63,108 bases of DNA from an uncultured Spirochaetales bacterium (GTDB lineage Bacteria > Spirochaetota > Spirochaetia > SPDA01 > CAZJBZ01): contig CAZQKT010000002.1 in assembly GCA_964594055.1 (NCBI GenBank), positions 1-63,108 of the forward strand. The letters run 5' to 3'. Positions 1 through 12,155 of this stretch are shown here, piece by piece; within the stretch, counting starts at the first letter, position 1, and each line of letters begins with the position of its first letter. The notes below the pieces were generated by a model, which saw nothing but the letters and a program-made list of their open reading frames with translations, had not been told where the DNA came from and did no database searches. Both the position numbers and the translations under genes were made by a program.

Positions 1-53
1 AGAGCGCCGGTCTCCAAAACCGGATGTTGTAGGTTCGAATCCTACCTGGCCTG
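1..53 (+). tRNA. trnW: tRNA-Trp (anticodon CCA), 5' part cut by window edge
   Basis: Anticodon stem-loop CCGGT-CTCCAAA-ACCGG, T-arm GTAGG-TTCGAAT-CCTAC, 3' acceptor strand CTGGCCT plus discriminator G. CCA is not encoded. It lies directly upstream of secE, as in many bacteria. Confidence 0.85.
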
Positions 54-71
54 TGAAAAATAGGAGATAGT

Positions 72-251
72 ATGAAAAAGATAATTCAGTTCTTCAAAGA
101 GAGTTACGCGGAACTGAAAAAAGTTATATGGCCGAGTAAATCCGAGGTTGCTCAGTCCACGAAGATCGTCATTATATCTGTTATTATATTTGCAGCAGTA
201 TTAGGCCTCGTTGACTTTCTCCTGCTCCTCGGTATAGATGCGATCTTCTGA
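72..251 (+). CDS. secE: preprotein translocase subunit SecE (59 aa, below ORF-track cut-off)
   Basis: ATG 72 is preceded by AGGAG. Translation is MKKIIQFFKESYAELKKVIWPSKSEVAQSTKIVIISVIIFAAVLGLVDFLLLLGIDAIF: the conserved E-x-KKV-x-WP motif plus one TM helix. Position upstream of nusG fits. Confidence 0.9.
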   Translation: MKKIIQFFKESYAELKKVIWPSKSEVAQSTKIVIISVIIFAAVLGLVDFLLLLGIDAIF

Positions 252-265
252 TTTAATCGAGGGTT

Positions 266-292
266 CTTGTAAAAATAAGCGATTTTTACAGG
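266..292 (+). promoter_or_regulatory. AT-rich hairpin in the secE-nusG spacer
   Basis: CTTGTAAAAAT / ATTTTTACAGG form an 11-bp stem (one G-U) around the loop AAGCG. No U-tract follows. Function unknown. Confidence 0.25.
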
Positions 293-327
293 GAGCACAA
301 TCTTCTAATTCTTTTTGAAGGAACAAA

Positions 328-882
328 ATGGCAAAAGGTTGGTATGTCGTCCATACCTACTCAGGATATGAAAACAAGGTTGAAAAACACATCCGCTCTC
401 TCATGGAGAATGGGAGCTTAGACAATACAGTAACGGATGTGAAAGTTCCTGCTGAGGAGGTTGTGGAAGTAAAAGAGGGTAAAAAAAAGGTATCAACGAA
501 AAAGTTTTTACCCGGTTATATACTAGTAGAGATGGACCTTCCTGATCGGGGGTGGAAATCGATTTGCGGTCAAATTCGCAAAATCCCCGGGGTTACCGGT
601 TTCGTTGGATCGATGCGGGGTATTAAACCGCATCCGATCTCTCCGGAAGAGGCGCGGAGTATCCTCCAGAAAGCCGGAGAGATTAAAACGGAAAAGACGA
701 TGAAACCAAAACAAAGTTTTGAGATCTCGGAAACCGTGCGCATTATTGATGGTCCTTTTGACACGTTTACCGGTACCGTTGAGGAAGCAAATCTCGAGAA
801 AGGAAAATTAAAGGTTATGGTAGGGATTTTCGGCCGGTCCACCCCTGTTGAGGTGGATTTTAATCAGGTTGAAAAGATCTAA
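328..882 (+). CDS. nusG: transcription termination/antitermination factor NusG
   Basis: 184-aa ORF with an NGN domain (WYVVHTYSGYENKV) and a KOW motif (GPFDTFTGTVEE..KLKVMVGIFGRSTPVEV). Canonical secE-nusG-rplK context. Confidence 0.95.
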   Translation: MAKGWYVVHTYSGYENKVEKHIRSLMENGSLDNTVTDVKVPAEEVVEVKEGKKKVSTKKFLPGYILVEMDLPDRGWKSICGQIRKIPGVTGFVGSMRGIKPHPISPEEARSILQKAGEIKTEKTMKPKQSFEISETVRIIDGPFDTFTGTVEEANLEKGKLKVMVGIFGRSTPVEVDFNQVEKI

Positions 883-1005
883 AAAGATACTAGAAAAAAA
901 TCCCTGTGTTACAGGGGGCACGGCCTACCCGGCTGTGCATCAGGTGGGAGTTTGTGCAGGCGGATTTGTCCGGCATGAACGTTTGCACCACAAGCGGAGT
1001 TTTTT
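883..1005 (+). promoter_or_regulatory. structured leader upstream of rplK-rplA (candidate autoregulatory leader)
   Basis: Two hairpins are visible: CCCTGT/ACAGGG at 902-916, and the 8-bp GCACGGCC/GGCTGTGC at 918-938. In E. coli the L11 operon leader is bound by L1; homology here is not shown. Confidence 0.3.
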
Positions 1006-1437
1006 ATGGCGAAAAAGAAAATTACAACATTTATCAAGCTGCAGGTCCCGGCCGGTAAGGCGCCCCCGGCACCGCCGGTAGGACCGGCATTAGGACCCCA
1101 CGGAGTAAGCGCGCCTCAGTTCGTTCAGCAGTTCAATGATCGGACCAAAGACCAAGAGCCTGGACTGCTGATTCCGGTTGTTATTACCGTATATGCGGAC
1201 AAGAGTTTTAGTTTTATTACAAAAACTCCTCCGGCAGCTGTACTCATCAAACGTGCTTGCGGATTAGAAACAGCTTCTGCCGAACCGCATAAAGTGAAGG
1301 TTGCAAAGCTCAAAAAAAGCAAGCTGCAAGAAATTGCGGAAATTAAAATGCCGGACCTTAACGCAAATGATGTAAAAGCCGCGATGAAAATCGTAGCCGG
1401 TACTGCCCGAAGTATGGGCGTCGAGGTCGAGGGGTAG
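1006..1437 (+). CDS. rplK: 50S ribosomal protein L11 (uL11)
   Basis: 143 aa with the PPVGPALG motif. GGAG lies upstream. Gene order supports the call. Confidence 0.97.
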   Translation: MAKKKITTFIKLQVPAGKAPPAPPVGPALGPHGVSAPQFVQQFNDRTKDQEPGLLIPVVITVYADKSFSFITKTPPAAVLIKRACGLETASAEPHKVKVAKLKKSKLQEIAEIKMPDLNANDVKAAMKIVAGTARSMGVEVEG

Positions 1438-1441
1438 TTGT

Positions 1442-2116
1442 ATGGGACACGGGAAAAAGTACGTCGAAGCGAGAAAGAATGTCAATAAAGAAGAGAAACT
1501 GCCGGTCGACCAGGCGGTAAGCCTACTCAAAGAGCTTGCTTTTGCAAAATTCGACGAAACGGTCGAGCTTGCAATTCGCCTTAATCTAAAGAAGAGTCAG
1601 AATGTCCGCGACACACTTGTCCTTCCGAACCAGTTTACAAAAGAGATTCAGATCCTGGTGTTTGCAAAAGGAGAAAAAGCGGAAGAAGCAAAGGAAGCAG
1701 GTGCGGCCTATGTGGGCGACGCCGATCTTATTGAAAAAATCCAAGGCGGGTGGCTCGATTTTGATGTGGCGGTAGCTACTCCTGACATGATGAAGGATGT
1801 CGGAAAACTCGGTCCAATACTCGGTAGAAGGGGCCTTATGCCGAATCCGAAAACTCGAACGGTCACTATGGACATCAAAGCAGCTGTTGAAGAGTTGAAA
1901 AAGGGAAGAGTCGAATATCGGTCCGATAAAACTGGTATTGTTCATCTCTCAATAGGAAAGGTGTCGATGGATGAACAGCAGATTATCGAGAACGTAGAAG
2001 CTGTCATGTCGGAAGTCAACAAGAAAAAACCAACCGATACGAAAGGCGATTTTGTGCAATCGGTAGCGGTCAGCTCCACTATGGGACCGGGCATCAAGGT
2101 TGCTGCCGGTGTTTAA
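1442..2116 (+). CDS. rplA: 50S ribosomal protein L1 (uL1)
   Basis: 224 aa. Starts 4 nt after rplK. Typical uL1 sequence ([10 protein letters not shown].., [10 protein letters not shown]). Confidence 0.97.
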   Translation: MGHGKKYVEARKNVNKEEKLPVDQAVSLLKELAFAKFDETVELAIRLNLKKSQNVRDTLVLPNQFTKEIQILVFAKGEKAEEAKEAGAAYVGDADLIEKIQGGWLDFDVAVATPDMMKDVGKLGPILGRRGLMPNPKTRTVTMDIKAAVEELKKGRVEYRSDKTGIVHLSIGKVSMDEQQIIENVEAVMSEVNKKKPTDTKGDFVQSVAVSSTMGPGIKVAAGV

Positions 2117-2148
2117 AAGAGCATAAAAAAAATGAGGAACGTAGAAAA

Positions 2149-2685
2149 ATGGCATACGAAATAAGAAAACTACAGCAATATAAAATCGACGCAGTCAATG
2201 CTCTCAAGGAGCAGTTCGAAGGGTCGAAGGATTATATATTTACCGATTATCGCGGTTTGACCGTTGAACAAATTACACAACTGCGCGAAAAACTGAGAGA
2301 GCAGAATGCTGAGTACCGTGTCGTAAAAAACAGATTTGCAAAGATTGCTCTTAAAGAAATGCATTATGATAACTTGGAAGAGTATCTCGTCGGTCCGACG
2401 GCAGTTGCTTTGAGTAAGGACGAATCCGGTCCGATTGCAAAGACGCTTTTTGATTTCGGCAAAGACGCACCCTTAGAGGTAAAAGGCGGTATTATCGACG
2501 GCCAGGTGTTCACCTTCGAAGATGTGGAAGCGTATTCCAAGTTGCCGACGAGAGATGAGCTGTTGGCAAAACTGATGGGGACGATGAATGCTCCCGTGCA
2601 GAACCTCGCATCTGTTCTACAGCAGATACCCTCCAAGCTGGTGCGCACACTCCAGGCGGTCGCGGATGCAAAACAAGGGGAGTAA
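2149..2685 (+). CDS. rplJ: 50S ribosomal protein L10 (uL10)
   Basis: 178 aa with a uL10-like sequence (IFTDYRGLTVEQITQLREKLR). Sits between rplA and rplL. Confidence 0.95.
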   Translation: MAYEIRKLQQYKIDAVNALKEQFEGSKDYIFTDYRGLTVEQITQLREKLREQNAEYRVVKNRFAKIALKEMHYDNLEEYLVGPTAVALSKDESGPIAKTLFDFGKDAPLEVKGGIIDGQVFTFEDVEAYSKLPTRDELLAKLMGTMNAPVQNLASVLQQIPSKLVRTLQAVADAKQGE

Positions 2686-2820
2686 ACAACAAGGTTGATT
2701 TGGCAATGAACTGTAGGCTGCGTTAGACGGCGTACAGAATATACTATACTTTAAGCAGCATTAGTCTTCACAGAAGTGTGAGCCATGCTACTGCTGCTTA
2801 CAAAGAAAGGAGAAGATAAT

Positions 2821-3210
2821 ATGGCTGCACCAACAAAAGAAGAAATCCTCGAGGCCATCTCAAACATGACCGTTCTCGAGGTTTCGGAACTGGTCAAAGA
2901 CATGGAAGAAAAATTCGGAGTTTCTGCTGCCGCACCGGTTGCGGTAGCGTCAGCAGCATCCGGTGCGGCTCCGGCTGCAGAGGCTGTTGAGGAGCAAACC
3001 GAATTTGATGTGGTTCTCAAAGGTTTTGCCGATGGAAAGAAGATTCCGGTAATCAAGGAAGTCCGCGCTATTACCGGACTCGGATTGAAAGAAGCAAAAG
3101 AACTTGTTGAAGCCGGCGATAAGCCCTTGAAAGAGGGAGTTTCAAAAGAGGAAGCGAACCAGTTAAAAGAAAAGTTAGAGGCGGCTGGCGCTACTATTGA
3201 GGTTAAATAG
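2821..3210 (+). CDS. rplL: 50S ribosomal protein L7/L12 (bL12)
   Basis: ATG 2821 is preceded by AAGGAG. 129 aa: N-terminal dimerisation helix, Ala-rich hinge, and a C-domain ([19 protein letters not shown]). The 12 extra codons from 2785 look spurious. Confidence 0.95.
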   Translation: MAAPTKEEILEAISNMTVLEVSELVKDMEEKFGVSAAAPVAVASAASGAAPAAEAVEEQTEFDVVLKGFADGKKIPVIKEVRAITGLGLKEAKELVEAGDKPLKEGVSKEEANQLKEKLEAAGATIEVK

Positions 3211-3241
3211 TAACAGGCACGTTCGAAACAAAAAATTTACT

Positions 3242-3286
3242 CAGTATAACCACCGAGGGTACAAGTATGCCTCGGTGGTTATACTG
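3242..3286 (+). promoter_or_regulatory. 17-bp perfect hairpin in the rplL-rpoB spacer (attenuator/processing-site candidate)
   Basis: CAGTATAACCACCGAGG, an 11-nt loop, then CCTCGGTGGTTATACTG. No U-tract follows. It occupies the position of the partial terminator/RNase III site known between rplL and rpoB in E. coli. Confidence 0.5.
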
Positions 3287-3303
3287 TCATTAGGGGGTGT
3301 TTA

Positions 3304-6300
3304 ATGCCTGCTCAACAAAAGGCAATTAACCGAATTTATTTAGGAACAGAATATGAAGAGGTAATGGAACTTCCCGATCTTATCGATATCCAGCTCTCTT
3401 CATATGAGCGGTTTCTCCAGATTTCAAGTCTTTCAGAACAGCAGCCCTTGAAACGGCTCGGATTAGAAGAGGTGTTCCAATCCACTTTTCCCATTGAAAG
3501 TCCGAACGGCGATATGCTTCTAGAATATACGTATTATGTCCTCGACCGAGAGAGTATTAAACTGAGTGAAGCTGAGTGTAAGCTGAAAGGGCTCACGTAT
3601 GCGGTACCGATCAAGGCAAGAATCAATCTTATTTTTCAGGAAACGGGAGAGATTCGGCAGAAAGACATTTATATGGGAGACATCCCCCTGATGACGGATA
3701 GGGGAACATTCATTATCAACGGTGCCGAGCGGGTTGTTGTAAGCCAAATCCACCGTTCGCCCGGAGTGATCTTTTCCCACGATAAGGGTGTGTATTCGTC
3801 TCGTATTATTCCGTACCGCGGTTCTTGGCTCGAGTTCGAAATCGACCAGAAAAAAGAACTCATCTACACCAAGATCGACCGTAAAAAACGGGTGTTAGGA
3901 ACACTTTTTCTCCGTTGTCTCGGGTACGAAAACCGCGAACAAATCATAGAGTTGTTCCACAAAACAAAGACGGTACCGGTCCTCGAGACCCGGGAGGAAC
4001 GGGAACTTCTTGTCGGTAAAGTTTTTGCGAAAACTGTTTATGTCGAACGTGATGAAGAATCAAAGAAACTCTACAAAGCAGGTGAGAAAATACACCCTCA
4101 TGATGTTGATGAACTGCTCCATTCCGGAATAAACGAAGTAGATATAATCGATTTCGAGCATCCGGAATCTCTGCACTCCGAAATCATTCTCAATTGTTTT
4201 GAGCGCGAGGAGGCGAAGTTTACCAGGGGGGACCCCACTATCGATGAACCTACTAAGGAAGATGCGCTTATTGCACTCTACTCAGTGTTGATGCCGGGCG
4301 AACCCATCACCTTAGAAAGTGCCGAGAAGGACCTCAACTCGATGTTTTTTACTTCCCGAAGGTACGATATGGGTGATGTCGGGCGGTATAAACTCAATAA
4401 GAAGTTCGATTATGATCCCCCTTTGGAAGAACATGTACTTACCAAGCCGGACATCGTCAATACCATGACCTATTTGATAAAGGTCTACATCGGCGAAGCA
4501 AATGTGGACGATATCGACCATCTCGGAAACCGCCGAATCAGGTCGGTCGGGGAGCTGCTGGCAAATCAATTAAAAACCGCTTTTGCCCGCATGGAGAGGA
4601 TCGCGAAAGAGCGGATGTCGTTAAAAGAGACCGATACGATCAAACCTCAAGACCTCATTTCCATAAAACCGATCGTCGCGGCTATCAAAGAGTTTTTCGG
4701 CTCGAGTCAACTCTCGCAGTTTATGGACCAGGTAAACCCTTTAGCGGAACTTACGCATAAACGCCGGCTGAATGCATTAGGGCCTGGAGGATTATCCAGG
4801 GACAGAGCGGGTTTCGAGGTCAGGGATGTTCATTACACGCACTACGGCCGGATGTGTCCTATTGAAACTCCGGAAGGCCCTAACATCGGATTGATTGTCA
4901 GTCTCGCCGGATATACCAGGGTCAATGAATATGGATTTCTCGAGACTCCCTACAGAAAGGTAGCGAAGGGAGTCGCTACCAAGAATATCGAGTATCTATC
5001 GGCTTTAGATGAAGAGAAATATTTTATTGCCCAGGCAAATGCTCCTATCGACAAGAAAGGAAAGTTTACGGCTAACCTTATATCGGTGAGAAAATCGGGT
5101 GACTATACCACCAAGAACCCGGAATCGATCCAGTATATGGACGTCTCTCCGAAGCAGGTTATCTCGGTAAGCACCTCTCTCGTTCCCTTTCTCGAACATG
5201 ATGATGCAAACCGGGCCCTGATGGGATCGAATATGCAGCGCCAGGCGGTCCCCCTCGTTTTTCCTGAACCGCCCCGTGTCGGTACCGGAATGGAGCATAA
5301 AACCGCGTATGATTCCGGGGTGCTGCTAAAGGCAAAACGCGCCGGAACAGTTGAGTATGTCTCCTCAAAAAAAATAGTCATCAAACCGAAGGATTCAAAG
5401 TCTAAGAAAGAACTGGACGAATACGCACTGCTCAAGTTTCAGCGGACCAACCAGGATACCTGTTTCAATCAGAAACCGGTCGTGTCGATCGGGGACAAAG
5501 TCGAAACAGGTGAGGTCCTAGCCGACGGACCTGCTACATCCAAAGGAGAACTGGCTTTAGGACGGAATATCTTAGTAGGGTTCGTTCCCTGGAATGGATA
5601 CAACTACGAAGATGCAATTCTTATTTCTGAAAATGTGGTAAAAGAGGATATTTTCACTTCTATTCATATAAAAGAGTTCTCAGTTGAAGTAAGAGAAACA
5701 AAATTGGGACCGGAAAAATTAACCCGCGACATCCCCAATACAAACGAAAAAGCACTCGACCAGCTCGATGAAGAGGGGATTATCCGGGTCGGGGCCAAAG
5801 TAAAATCCGGCTATATTTTGGTTGGGAAAGTCACTCCCAAATCGGAGACGGAGACAACCCCTGAGTTCAAGCTTCTCAACTCCATCTTTGGAGAGAAAGC
5901 GAAAGAGGTCCGCGATACCTCGCTTAAAATTCCTCACGGGATCGATGGCACGGTAATCGATATTCAGCGGCTCAAACGGAGCGAAGGGGATGATTTGAGC
6001 CCAGGGGTGGACGAGGTGGTCAAAGTGCTCGTTGCCACCAAACGGAAACTCTCCGAAGGCGATAAAATGGCGGGCCGACACGGAAACAAAGGCGTTATTG
6101 CCAGGGTCCTTCCTGAAGAAGATATGCCGTTTATGGAAGACGGCACACCGCTCGACCTCTGTCTCAATCCTCTCGGGGTACCGTCAAGAATGAACCTCGG
6201 CCAAATTATGGAGACTGAGCTGGGATGGGCAGCTGAAGTGCTCGATCAGTGGTACTCGACCCCGGTGTTTCAGAGTGCTTCCAACGAGATGATCGCTGAA

Positions 6301-6804
6301 AAATTAAGAGAAGCCGGACTCCCCGAAACAAGCAAGACAGCTCTTTTTGACGGGCGTACCGGAGTAGCGTTTCAGAATGAAGTGTTAGTCGGGGTCATGT
6401 ATATGCTCAAACTGCATCATCTTGTCGATGATAAAATGCATGCTCGGTCTACCGGGCCGTACTCCTTGGTAACCCAGCAGCCTCTTGGCGGAAAGGCCCA
6501 ATTCGGAGGTCAGCGGCTCGGGGAGATGGAAGTGTGGGCTTTAGAAGCGTACGGTGCTGCCAATACACTCCAGGAGCTTCTGACAATCAAATCGGACGAT
6601 ATGGCGGGAAGAGCAAAGATATATGAAAGCATCGTAAAGGGAGAACCTGCTTCCTCGGCCGGAGTACCCGAATCTTTCAATGTATTGGTTCAGGAACTTC
6701 GGGGTCTGGCCTTGGATATTTCGATATATGATACGAGAGGCAAACAGATTCCTCTCACCGAGCGTGATGAGGAACTCATTAACAGACAGGGGACCCATTT
6801 TTAA
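3304..6804 (+). CDS. rpoB: DNA-directed RNA polymerase subunit beta
   Basis: 1166 aa with conserved motifs [22 protein letters not shown] and [18 protein letters not shown]. Confidence 0.99.
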   Translation: MPAQQKAINRIYLGTEYEEVMELPDLIDIQLSSYERFLQISSLSEQQPLKRLGLEEVFQSTFPIESPNGDMLLEYTYYVLDRESIKLSEAECKLKGLTYAVPIKARINLIFQETGEIRQKDIYMGDIPLMTDRGTFIINGAERVVVSQIHRSPGVIFSHDKGVYSSRIIPYRGSWLEFEIDQKKELIYTKIDRKKRVLGTLFLRCLGYENREQIIELFHKTKTVPVLETREERELLVGKVFAKTVYVERDEESKKLYKAGEKIHPHDVDELLHSGINEVDIIDFEHPESLHSEIILNCFEREEAKFTRGDPTIDEPTKEDALIALYSVLMPGEPITLESAEKDLNSMFFTSRRYDMGDVGRYKLNKKFDYDPPLEEHVLTKPDIVNTMTYLIKVYIGEANVDDIDHLGNRRIRSVGELLANQLKTAFARMERIAKERMSLKETDTIKPQDLISIKPIVAAIKEFFGSSQLSQFMDQVNPLAELTHKRRLNALGPGGLSRDRAGFEVRDVHYTHYGRMCPIETPEGPNIGLIVSLAGYTRVNEYGFLETPYRKVAKGVATKNIEYLSALDEEKYFIAQANAPIDKKGKFTANLISVRKSGDYTTKNPESIQYMDVSPKQVISVSTSLVPFLEHDDANRALMGSNMQRQAVPLVFPEPPRVGTGMEHKTAYDSGVLLKAKRAGTVEYVSSKKIVIKPKDSKSKKELDEYALLKFQRTNQDTCFNQKPVVSIGDKVETGEVLADGPATSKGELALGRNILVGFVPWNGYNYEDAILISENVVKEDIFTSIHIKEFSVEVRETKLGPEKLTRDIPNTNEKALDQLDEEGIIRVGAKVKSGYILVGKVTPKSETETTPEFKLLNSIFGEKAKEVRDTSLKIPHGIDGTVIDIQRLKRSEGDDLSPGVDEVVKVLVATKRKLSEGDKMAGRHGNKGVIARVLPEEDMPFMEDGTPLDLCLNPLGVPSRMNLGQIMETELGWAAEVLDQWYSTPVFQSASNEMIAEKLREAGLPETSKTALFDGRTGVAFQNEVLVGVMYMLKLHHLVDDKMHARSTGPYSLVTQQPLGGKAQFGGQRLGEMEVWALEAYGAANTLQELLTIKSDDMAGRAKIYESIVKGEPASSAGVPESFNVLVQELRGLALDISIYDTRGKQIPLTERDEELINRQGTHF

Positions 6805-6828
6805 TCCCTAATAAAAGGAAGGGAAACT

Positions 6829-9800
6829 ATGAGAGATATTCAAGACTTTGATAATATTATGATAAAACTTGCCTCACCGGAGCAGGTCCGAGCGTGGTCC
6901 TACGGTGAGGTAAAGAAACCGGAAACAATCAACTATCGAACATTACGGCCTGAAAAAGACGGCTTGTTCTGCGAGCGAATTTTCGGAACGACGAAAGAGT
7001 GGGAATGCTACTGCGGAAAGTTCAAATCTATCCGGTACAAAGGGGTCATCTGTGACCGCTGCGGCGTCGAAGTAACTCATTTCAAGGTCCGCAGGGAACG
7101 TATGGGCCACATTGAGTTGGCTTCTCCTGTTTCCCACATCTGGTATTATCGGTCTGTTCCGTCCCGTATGGGGCTTCTGCTCGATCTTTCCATTGCATCA
7201 CTTCGGTCTATTCTCTACTACGAAAAGTACATCGTCATAGATCCGGGTGATACCGATCTCAAAAAGATGGAACTGCTTACCGAAGAGGACTACATCGATG
7301 CGAGGGAGCGGCACGGTATGAGTTTTACTGCCGGTATCGGGGCGGAAGCAATTCGGACTTTACTCGAAGGGCTCGATTTGGACACGCTCAGTGCAGAATT
7401 ACGGATCAAAATGCGGGAGAAAGGTGCAAAATCCGATAAACGGCTTCTCAAACGGATCGAAATTGTTGAGAATTTCCGTGATTCAACGAACAAACCGGAG
7501 TGGATGATCCTGGATGTAATCCCGGTAATTCCGCCCGAACTGCGTCCTATGGTGCAGCTCGACGGAGGCCGGTTCGCAACCTCCGATTTAAACGATCTCT
7601 ACCGCCGGGTCATTAACCGGAATAACCGGCTGAAACGGCTCATGGCGCTGAATGCTCCGGATATCATCATCCGAAACGAAAAACGCATGCTCCAGGAAGC
7701 AGTAGATGCTCTTTTTGACAATTCGAAGAAGAAGCGGGTCGTCAAAGGGGCTTCCAACCGTCCACTCAAGTCCCTCTCCGATATGCTCAAAGGAAAGCAG
7801 GGCCGGTTCCGACAGAACCTCTTGGGAAAGCGGGTTGATTATTCCGGAAGATCGGTTATTGTTGTCGGCCCTGAACTGGAAATGCATCAGTGCGGACTTC
7901 CTACAAAGATGGCTTTGGAGCTGTACAAGCCGTTTATCATGAAAAAACTGGTGGAAAAAGATGTTGTGTACAACATTAAAAAAGCGAAAACTCTAGTAGA
8001 ACAGGAAACGCAGGAAGTGTGGGCCGTCCTCGACGAAGTTGTCAAGGAGCACCCCGTTCTGTTAAACCGAGCTCCTACACTGCACAGACTTGGAATTCAA
8101 GCGTTTGAACCGGTACTGGTTGAAGGAAAAGCGATCAAGCTGCATCCCCTCGTTTGTCATGCCTACAATGCAGACTTTGACGGAGACCAAATGGCGGTCC
8201 ATGTCCCGCTGACCCAGGCCGCCCAAATAGAATGCTGGACGCTGATGCTCTCCTCGACAAATCTTTTGAATCCTGCAAACGGGACTCCTATTGTATTTCC
8301 TTCTCAGGACATGGTCTTGGGAATCAACTATCTTACTCGAAACAAACCTGGAGCAAAGGGGGAAGGAAAACGGTTTAGTTCGATGGACGAGGTGCTGATG
8401 GCCCTTGAAGCAGGCGCTGTGGACTATGAGGCTGTAGTGAAAGTTCCCGTTAACGGGGAGGTAATCGAAACCACACCGGGTAGAGTAATTTTAAACTCCG
8501 AGTTTCCGGATGAACTCGAGTATGTGAATTATTCTATGGGAGATAAAGAACTGAAGACGTTCGTAGCCGAATGTTACCGAGACCACGATCAATACATTAC
8601 TGTAAAAACTCTCGATATCATTAAAAATCTCGGGTTCAAATATGCAACACTGTTTGGTGCTACGATCGGTATGGATGATATCGTCATCCCGGAACAAAAA
8701 CGGGAGATGATCGACGAGGCCAACACTCAGGTAGAATCGATCCAGAATCAGTACCTGCAGGGTGTCATTACCCAGGAAGAGCGGTACAACCGTGTCGTCG
8801 AGGTGTGGAGCAAGACAAACGAGGACCTTACCGGGGTACTTATGAAAACACTTCAGGAAGACAGAGACGGTTTTAACCCGGTGTATATGATGGCAAACTC
8901 CGGCGCACGGGGCAGCAGAACTCAGATCAGACAGCTCTCCGGGATGCGCGGATTGATGGCAAAGCCTTCCGGGGAGATCATCGAACTTCCTATAAGGGCG
9001 AATTTTAAAGAAGGGCTTTCCGTTATCGAGTTCTTTATTTCGACAAACGGAGCGCGGAAAGGTCTCGCTGATACAGCCCTAAAGACCGCGGATGCCGGCT
9101 ATTTGACCCGGCGGCTCGTTGATATAGCCCAGGATGTGGTGATAAACGAGGACGACTGCGGTACGATTAATGGGATCGAAATGGGTGCTCTCAAAGACGG
9201 AGAGGAAGTTGTCGAATCACTTAAAGACAGAATCGAAGGCAGGTTTACTCTCGAGCGGGTAAAACACCCCATTACCGGCGAGGTGCTTGTCGATGTAAAT
9301 GAAGAAATAACCGAGGAACTTGCCCAAAAAATAGAAGATGTCGGCATAGAACGGGTGCGGATCCGGACCGTGCTTACCTGTGAGGCTAAACACGGCGTAT
9401 GTGTAAAGTGTTATGGTAGAAACTTAGCAATAAACCGTCCCGTCGAGATCGGAGAAGCGGTCGGTATTATTGCCGCCCAGTCGATCGGGCAGCCCGGGAC
9501 GCAGTTAACGATGAGAACGTTCCATATCGGAGGTGCTGCTACCAAGGTAAGTGAGGAAAACAGAATCACGCTTAAATACCCGGTTTTTGTACGGGAGATT
9601 ATAGGAAATACCGTAGAAACCGAAAACGGAAACGTCCTGTTTACCCGGAAAGGATCTGTCGTTATCAGCAAGGTAATTAAGTCAATCGATCTCAAGAAAG
9701 GCGACAAAGTAGTGGTCGAAGACGGTCAGAAAGTGGTCGGTGGGGAAGATATCGTTGAGCGGAAAGGTGAGAAACTTACTGCCTCGGAAGTCGCTTACGT

Positions 9801-11058
9801 AAAAACACTGAAAGATAAAATACTTCTCATTGCACAGTCCCAGAAAATCGATATCCGAAACGGGGCCGAGCTTTTACCCAAAGAAGAAGAGGTCGTACCG
9901 GCTGAGGAACCTTTGGCCCTCTTCGATCCTTTCTCCGAACCGATTATTGCAGAAACAAACGGGTTTGTGAAATTTCACGACATTGTTTTAGGGACAACGC
10001 TCAAAGAAGAGGTAAATGAAGATACCGGTAATATAGAAAAGAAAATTACTGAGTTTTCTCTCGAATCACTGCAGCCCCGGATAGCAATTGTCGATGAGTT
10101 CGAAAATGAAAAAGCAAATTACTTCATTCCCGGTTCTGCCTACCTCAATATCGAGGACGGCGCAGAGGTAAAAGCGGGAAGGACCCTTGCTAAACTGTTA
10201 AAAGAAAGTGTTAAAACGAGAGATATCACCGGAGGTCTTCCCCGTGTCGGCGAGCTTTTCGAGGCGCGAAGACCGAAGAATGCCGCTATTTTGGCACAAA
10301 TCGGCGGGGTGGTCAGATTCAAAGGGATTGCCAAGAGTAAACGGGTTATCGAAATCGAGGACCCCTACGGTGTTTCGTATAAACACAGTGTTCCCATGGG
10401 CAGACATCTGTTTGTTCGTGACGGTGATATGGTAGATGCAGGCGAGATGCTCTGTGACGGAAATATGGACCCGCACGATATTCTCGATATTTTAGGTGAA
10501 AATGCTCTTCAGAGATTCCTGGTAAACGAAGTACAAGAGGTGTACCGTCTGCAGGGAGTAAATATCAACGACAAGCATATTGGAGTTATCATCCGACAGA
10601 TGATGCGGAAAGTAGAGATCCAGCAGGTAGGAGATACCAACTTCATATTCGGACAGCAGGTGGACAAGTATCGATTCCATGAAGAAAATGGCAAAGTCAT
10701 CCGTGAAGGGGGGCAGCCCGCAGTTGCGAAACCGCTCCTCTTAGGTATTACCCGTGCATCGCTTAACATCGACAGCTTTATCTCCGCTGCTTCATTCCAG
10801 GAGACGACCCGGGTCCTCACGAATGCGGCAATCGAAGGAAGCACGGACAACTTGCACGGATTAAAAGAAAATGTTATAATTGGTCACCTTATTCCCGCCG
10901 GGACGGGTATTAAGGCGTATAAGAATATAAAACTCTACGATGAGCACCGTGAAGATCTCGATGCTCATATGCAAGAAATATTAGAGCAGAGGAAGCTTGA
11001 TCAGGAACTCGAAGCCCAGTCTGCAGAAGTAAAAGCTGAAACTGAAATAAGTTTATAG
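6829..11058 (+). CDS. rpoC: DNA-directed RNA polymerase subunit beta'
   Basis: 1409 aa with an N-terminal zinc motif ([14 protein letters not shown]) and the catalytic [12 protein letters not shown]. Confidence 0.99.
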   Translation: MRDIQDFDNIMIKLASPEQVRAWSYGEVKKPETINYRTLRPEKDGLFCERIFGTTKEWECYCGKFKSIRYKGVICDRCGVEVTHFKVRRERMGHIELASPVSHIWYYRSVPSRMGLLLDLSIASLRSILYYEKYIVIDPGDTDLKKMELLTEEDYIDARERHGMSFTAGIGAEAIRTLLEGLDLDTLSAELRIKMREKGAKSDKRLLKRIEIVENFRDSTNKPEWMILDVIPVIPPELRPMVQLDGGRFATSDLNDLYRRVINRNNRLKRLMALNAPDIIIRNEKRMLQEAVDALFDNSKKKRVVKGASNRPLKSLSDMLKGKQGRFRQNLLGKRVDYSGRSVIVVGPELEMHQCGLPTKMALELYKPFIMKKLVEKDVVYNIKKAKTLVEQETQEVWAVLDEVVKEHPVLLNRAPTLHRLGIQAFEPVLVEGKAIKLHPLVCHAYNADFDGDQMAVHVPLTQAAQIECWTLMLSSTNLLNPANGTPIVFPSQDMVLGINYLTRNKPGAKGEGKRFSSMDEVLMALEAGAVDYEAVVKVPVNGEVIETTPGRVILNSEFPDELEYVNYSMGDKELKTFVAECYRDHDQYITVKTLDIIKNLGFKYATLFGATIGMDDIVIPEQKREMIDEANTQVESIQNQYLQGVITQEERYNRVVEVWSKTNEDLTGVLMKTLQEDRDGFNPVYMMANSGARGSRTQIRQLSGMRGLMAKPSGEIIELPIRANFKEGLSVIEFFISTNGARKGLADTALKTADAGYLTRRLVDIAQDVVINEDDCGTINGIEMGALKDGEEVVESLKDRIEGRFTLERVKHPITGEVLVDVNEEITEELAQKIEDVGIERVRIRTVLTCEAKHGVCVKCYGRNLAINRPVEIGEAVGIIAAQSIGQPGTQLTMRTFHIGGAATKVSEENRITLKYPVFVREIIGNTVETENGNVLFTRKGSVVISKVIKSIDLKKGDKVVVEDGQKVVGGEDIVERKGEKLTASEVAYVKTLKDKILLIAQSQKIDIRNGAELLPKEEEVVPAEEPLALFDPFSEPIIAETNGFVKFHDIVLGTTLKEEVNEDTGNIEKKITEFSLESLQPRIAIVDEFENEKANYFIPGSAYLNIEDGAEVKAGRTLAKLLKESVKTRDITGGLPRVGELFEARRPKNAAILAQIGGVVRFKGIAKSKRVIEIEDPYGVSYKHSVPMGRHLFVRDGDMVDAGEMLCDGNMDPHDILDILGENALQRFLVNEVQEVYRLQGVNINDKHIGVIIRQMMRKVEIQQVGDTNFIFGQQVDKYRFHEENGKVIREGGQPAVAKPLLLGITRASLNIDSFISAASFQETTRVLTNAAIEGSTDNLHGLKENVIIGHLIPAGTGIKAYKNIKLYDEHREDLDAHMQEILEQRKLDQELEAQSAEVKAETEISL

Positions 11059-11090
11059 CTAAACCAGGCGACTCATTTTTTTGAAGCGGC

Positions 11091-11119
11091 TTGACAATTC
11101 TTAAAGGAGTTGTTATAGT
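11091..11119 (+). promoter_or_regulatory. sigma70-type promoter candidate for rpsL-rpsG
   Basis: TTGACA (11091-11096), a 17-nt spacer, then TATAGT (11114-11119). It lies 45 nt upstream of the rpsL ATG. Confidence 0.5.
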
Positions 11120-11163
11120 CGTCAACGCTTTTATTGAGTAAGAGAAATAGGGAGTACGAATAG

Positions 11164-11538
11164 ATGCCGACAATAAATCAACTTATTCGCAAGGGTCGAA
11201 AAAGGACGTTAAAAAAAACAAAGGCCCCTGCTTTAAATTCTTGCCCTCAGAAAAGAGGTGTATGTACGAGAGTAATGACGGTGACACCCAAAAAGCCCAA
11301 CTCGGCCCTGAGAAAGGTAGCACGGGTGCGGCTTTCAAACGGAATCGAGGTCACAGCCTATATTCCGGGTATCGGGCACAATCTACAGGAGCATTCTGTT
11401 GTGTTGCTGCGGGGCGGAAGGGTAAAGGACCTTCCCGGTGTGCGATATCACATTATTAGAGGGGCTAAGGATACGTTAGGCGTAGACGAAAGAAAGAAAG
11501 GTCGGTCTAAATACGGAACGAAGAAACCGAAGGCGTAA
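11164..11538 (+). CDS. rpsL: 30S ribosomal protein S12 (uS12)
   Basis: 124 aa ([30 protein letters not shown]). Confidence 0.98.
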   Translation: MPTINQLIRKGRKRTLKKTKAPALNSCPQKRGVCTRVMTVTPKKPNSALRKVARVRLSNGIEVTAYIPGIGHNLQEHSVVLLRGGRVKDLPGVRYHIIRGAKDTLGVDERKKGRSKYGTKKPKA

Positions 11539-11550
11539 TAAGGAGAAACA

Positions 11551-12021
11551 ATGCCGAGAAAAAAGGCGATTACCACGTATAAAGAAGTCTTTGATCCAAA
11601 ATTCATGAGTCCGGTGGTAGGTAAGTTTATTACCCGGATGATGCTCGATGGGAAAAAAGCCCAAAGCAACCGAATTTTAAATGACGCGTTTAATGTGTTA
11701 GCGGAAAAGACAGGAAAAGAGCCTCTCGAGGTTTTTTTAAAAGCTCTTGATAACGTGAAACCATTAGTCGAGGTGAAATCGAGAAGAGTAGGTGGGTCGA
11801 CCTATCAAGTGCCTGTTGAAGTACGGGAAAGCAGAAGAGAAGCGCTTGCAATGCGCTGGATTATAAAAGCTGCCCGGGAGAGAAAAAGCAATACGATGAG
11901 TAATAATTTGAGTACGGAATTACTCGACGCATTTAATTCCACCGGAACGGCGTTCAAGAAAAAAGAAGATACGCATAGAATGGCGGAGGCAAATAAAGCA
12001 TTTTCGCATTATAGGTGGTAA
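11551..12021 (+). CDS. rpsG: 30S ribosomal protein S7 (uS7)
   Basis: 156 aa ([27 protein letters not shown]-terminus). Confidence 0.98.
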   Translation: MPRKKAITTYKEVFDPKFMSPVVGKFITRMMLDGKKAQSNRILNDAFNVLAEKTGKEPLEVFLKALDNVKPLVEVKSRRVGGSTYQVPVEVRESRREALAMRWIIKAARERKSNTMSNNLSTELLDAFNSTGTAFKKKEDTHRMAEANKAFSHYRW

Positions 12022-12126
12022 AACGTAACGATTATAAAGAAAACGTTATTGTAAAAAAAATGTTAAAACTACTTGATTGATACATCTATTTACGTTATTT
12101 TAAGCACCCGGTCGGCCCGCTAAAAA

Positions 12127-12155
12127 TTGCAAAGGTTGGTCACCGGTACTATAAT
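12127..12155 (+). promoter_or_regulatory. near-consensus sigma70 promoter upstream of tuf
   Basis: TTGCAA (12127-12132), a 17-nt spacer, then TATAAT (12150-12155). A weaker tandem candidate, TTGATT-N17-TATTTT, lies at 12073-12101. Confidence 0.55.

Noticed and set aside
894-916. A7 + CCCTGT-GTT-ACAGGG hairpin after nusG, which on the minus strand reads like an intrinsic terminator (stem followed by T7)
   Set aside because: No minus-strand gene runs into it, and on the plus strand no U-tract follows. I treat it as part of the rplK leader structure rather than a terminator.
2785-2820. N-terminal extensions given by the ORF track for rplL (2785), rplW (15486), rplE (19593), rpsD (25287), ptsI (34849) and the 38021 gene
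   Set aside because: In each case an internal ATG is preceded by a good Shine-Dalgarno sequence and yields the canonical protein N-terminus or a clean signal peptide. The extensions overlap the upstream gene or, for ptsI, a predicted promoter.
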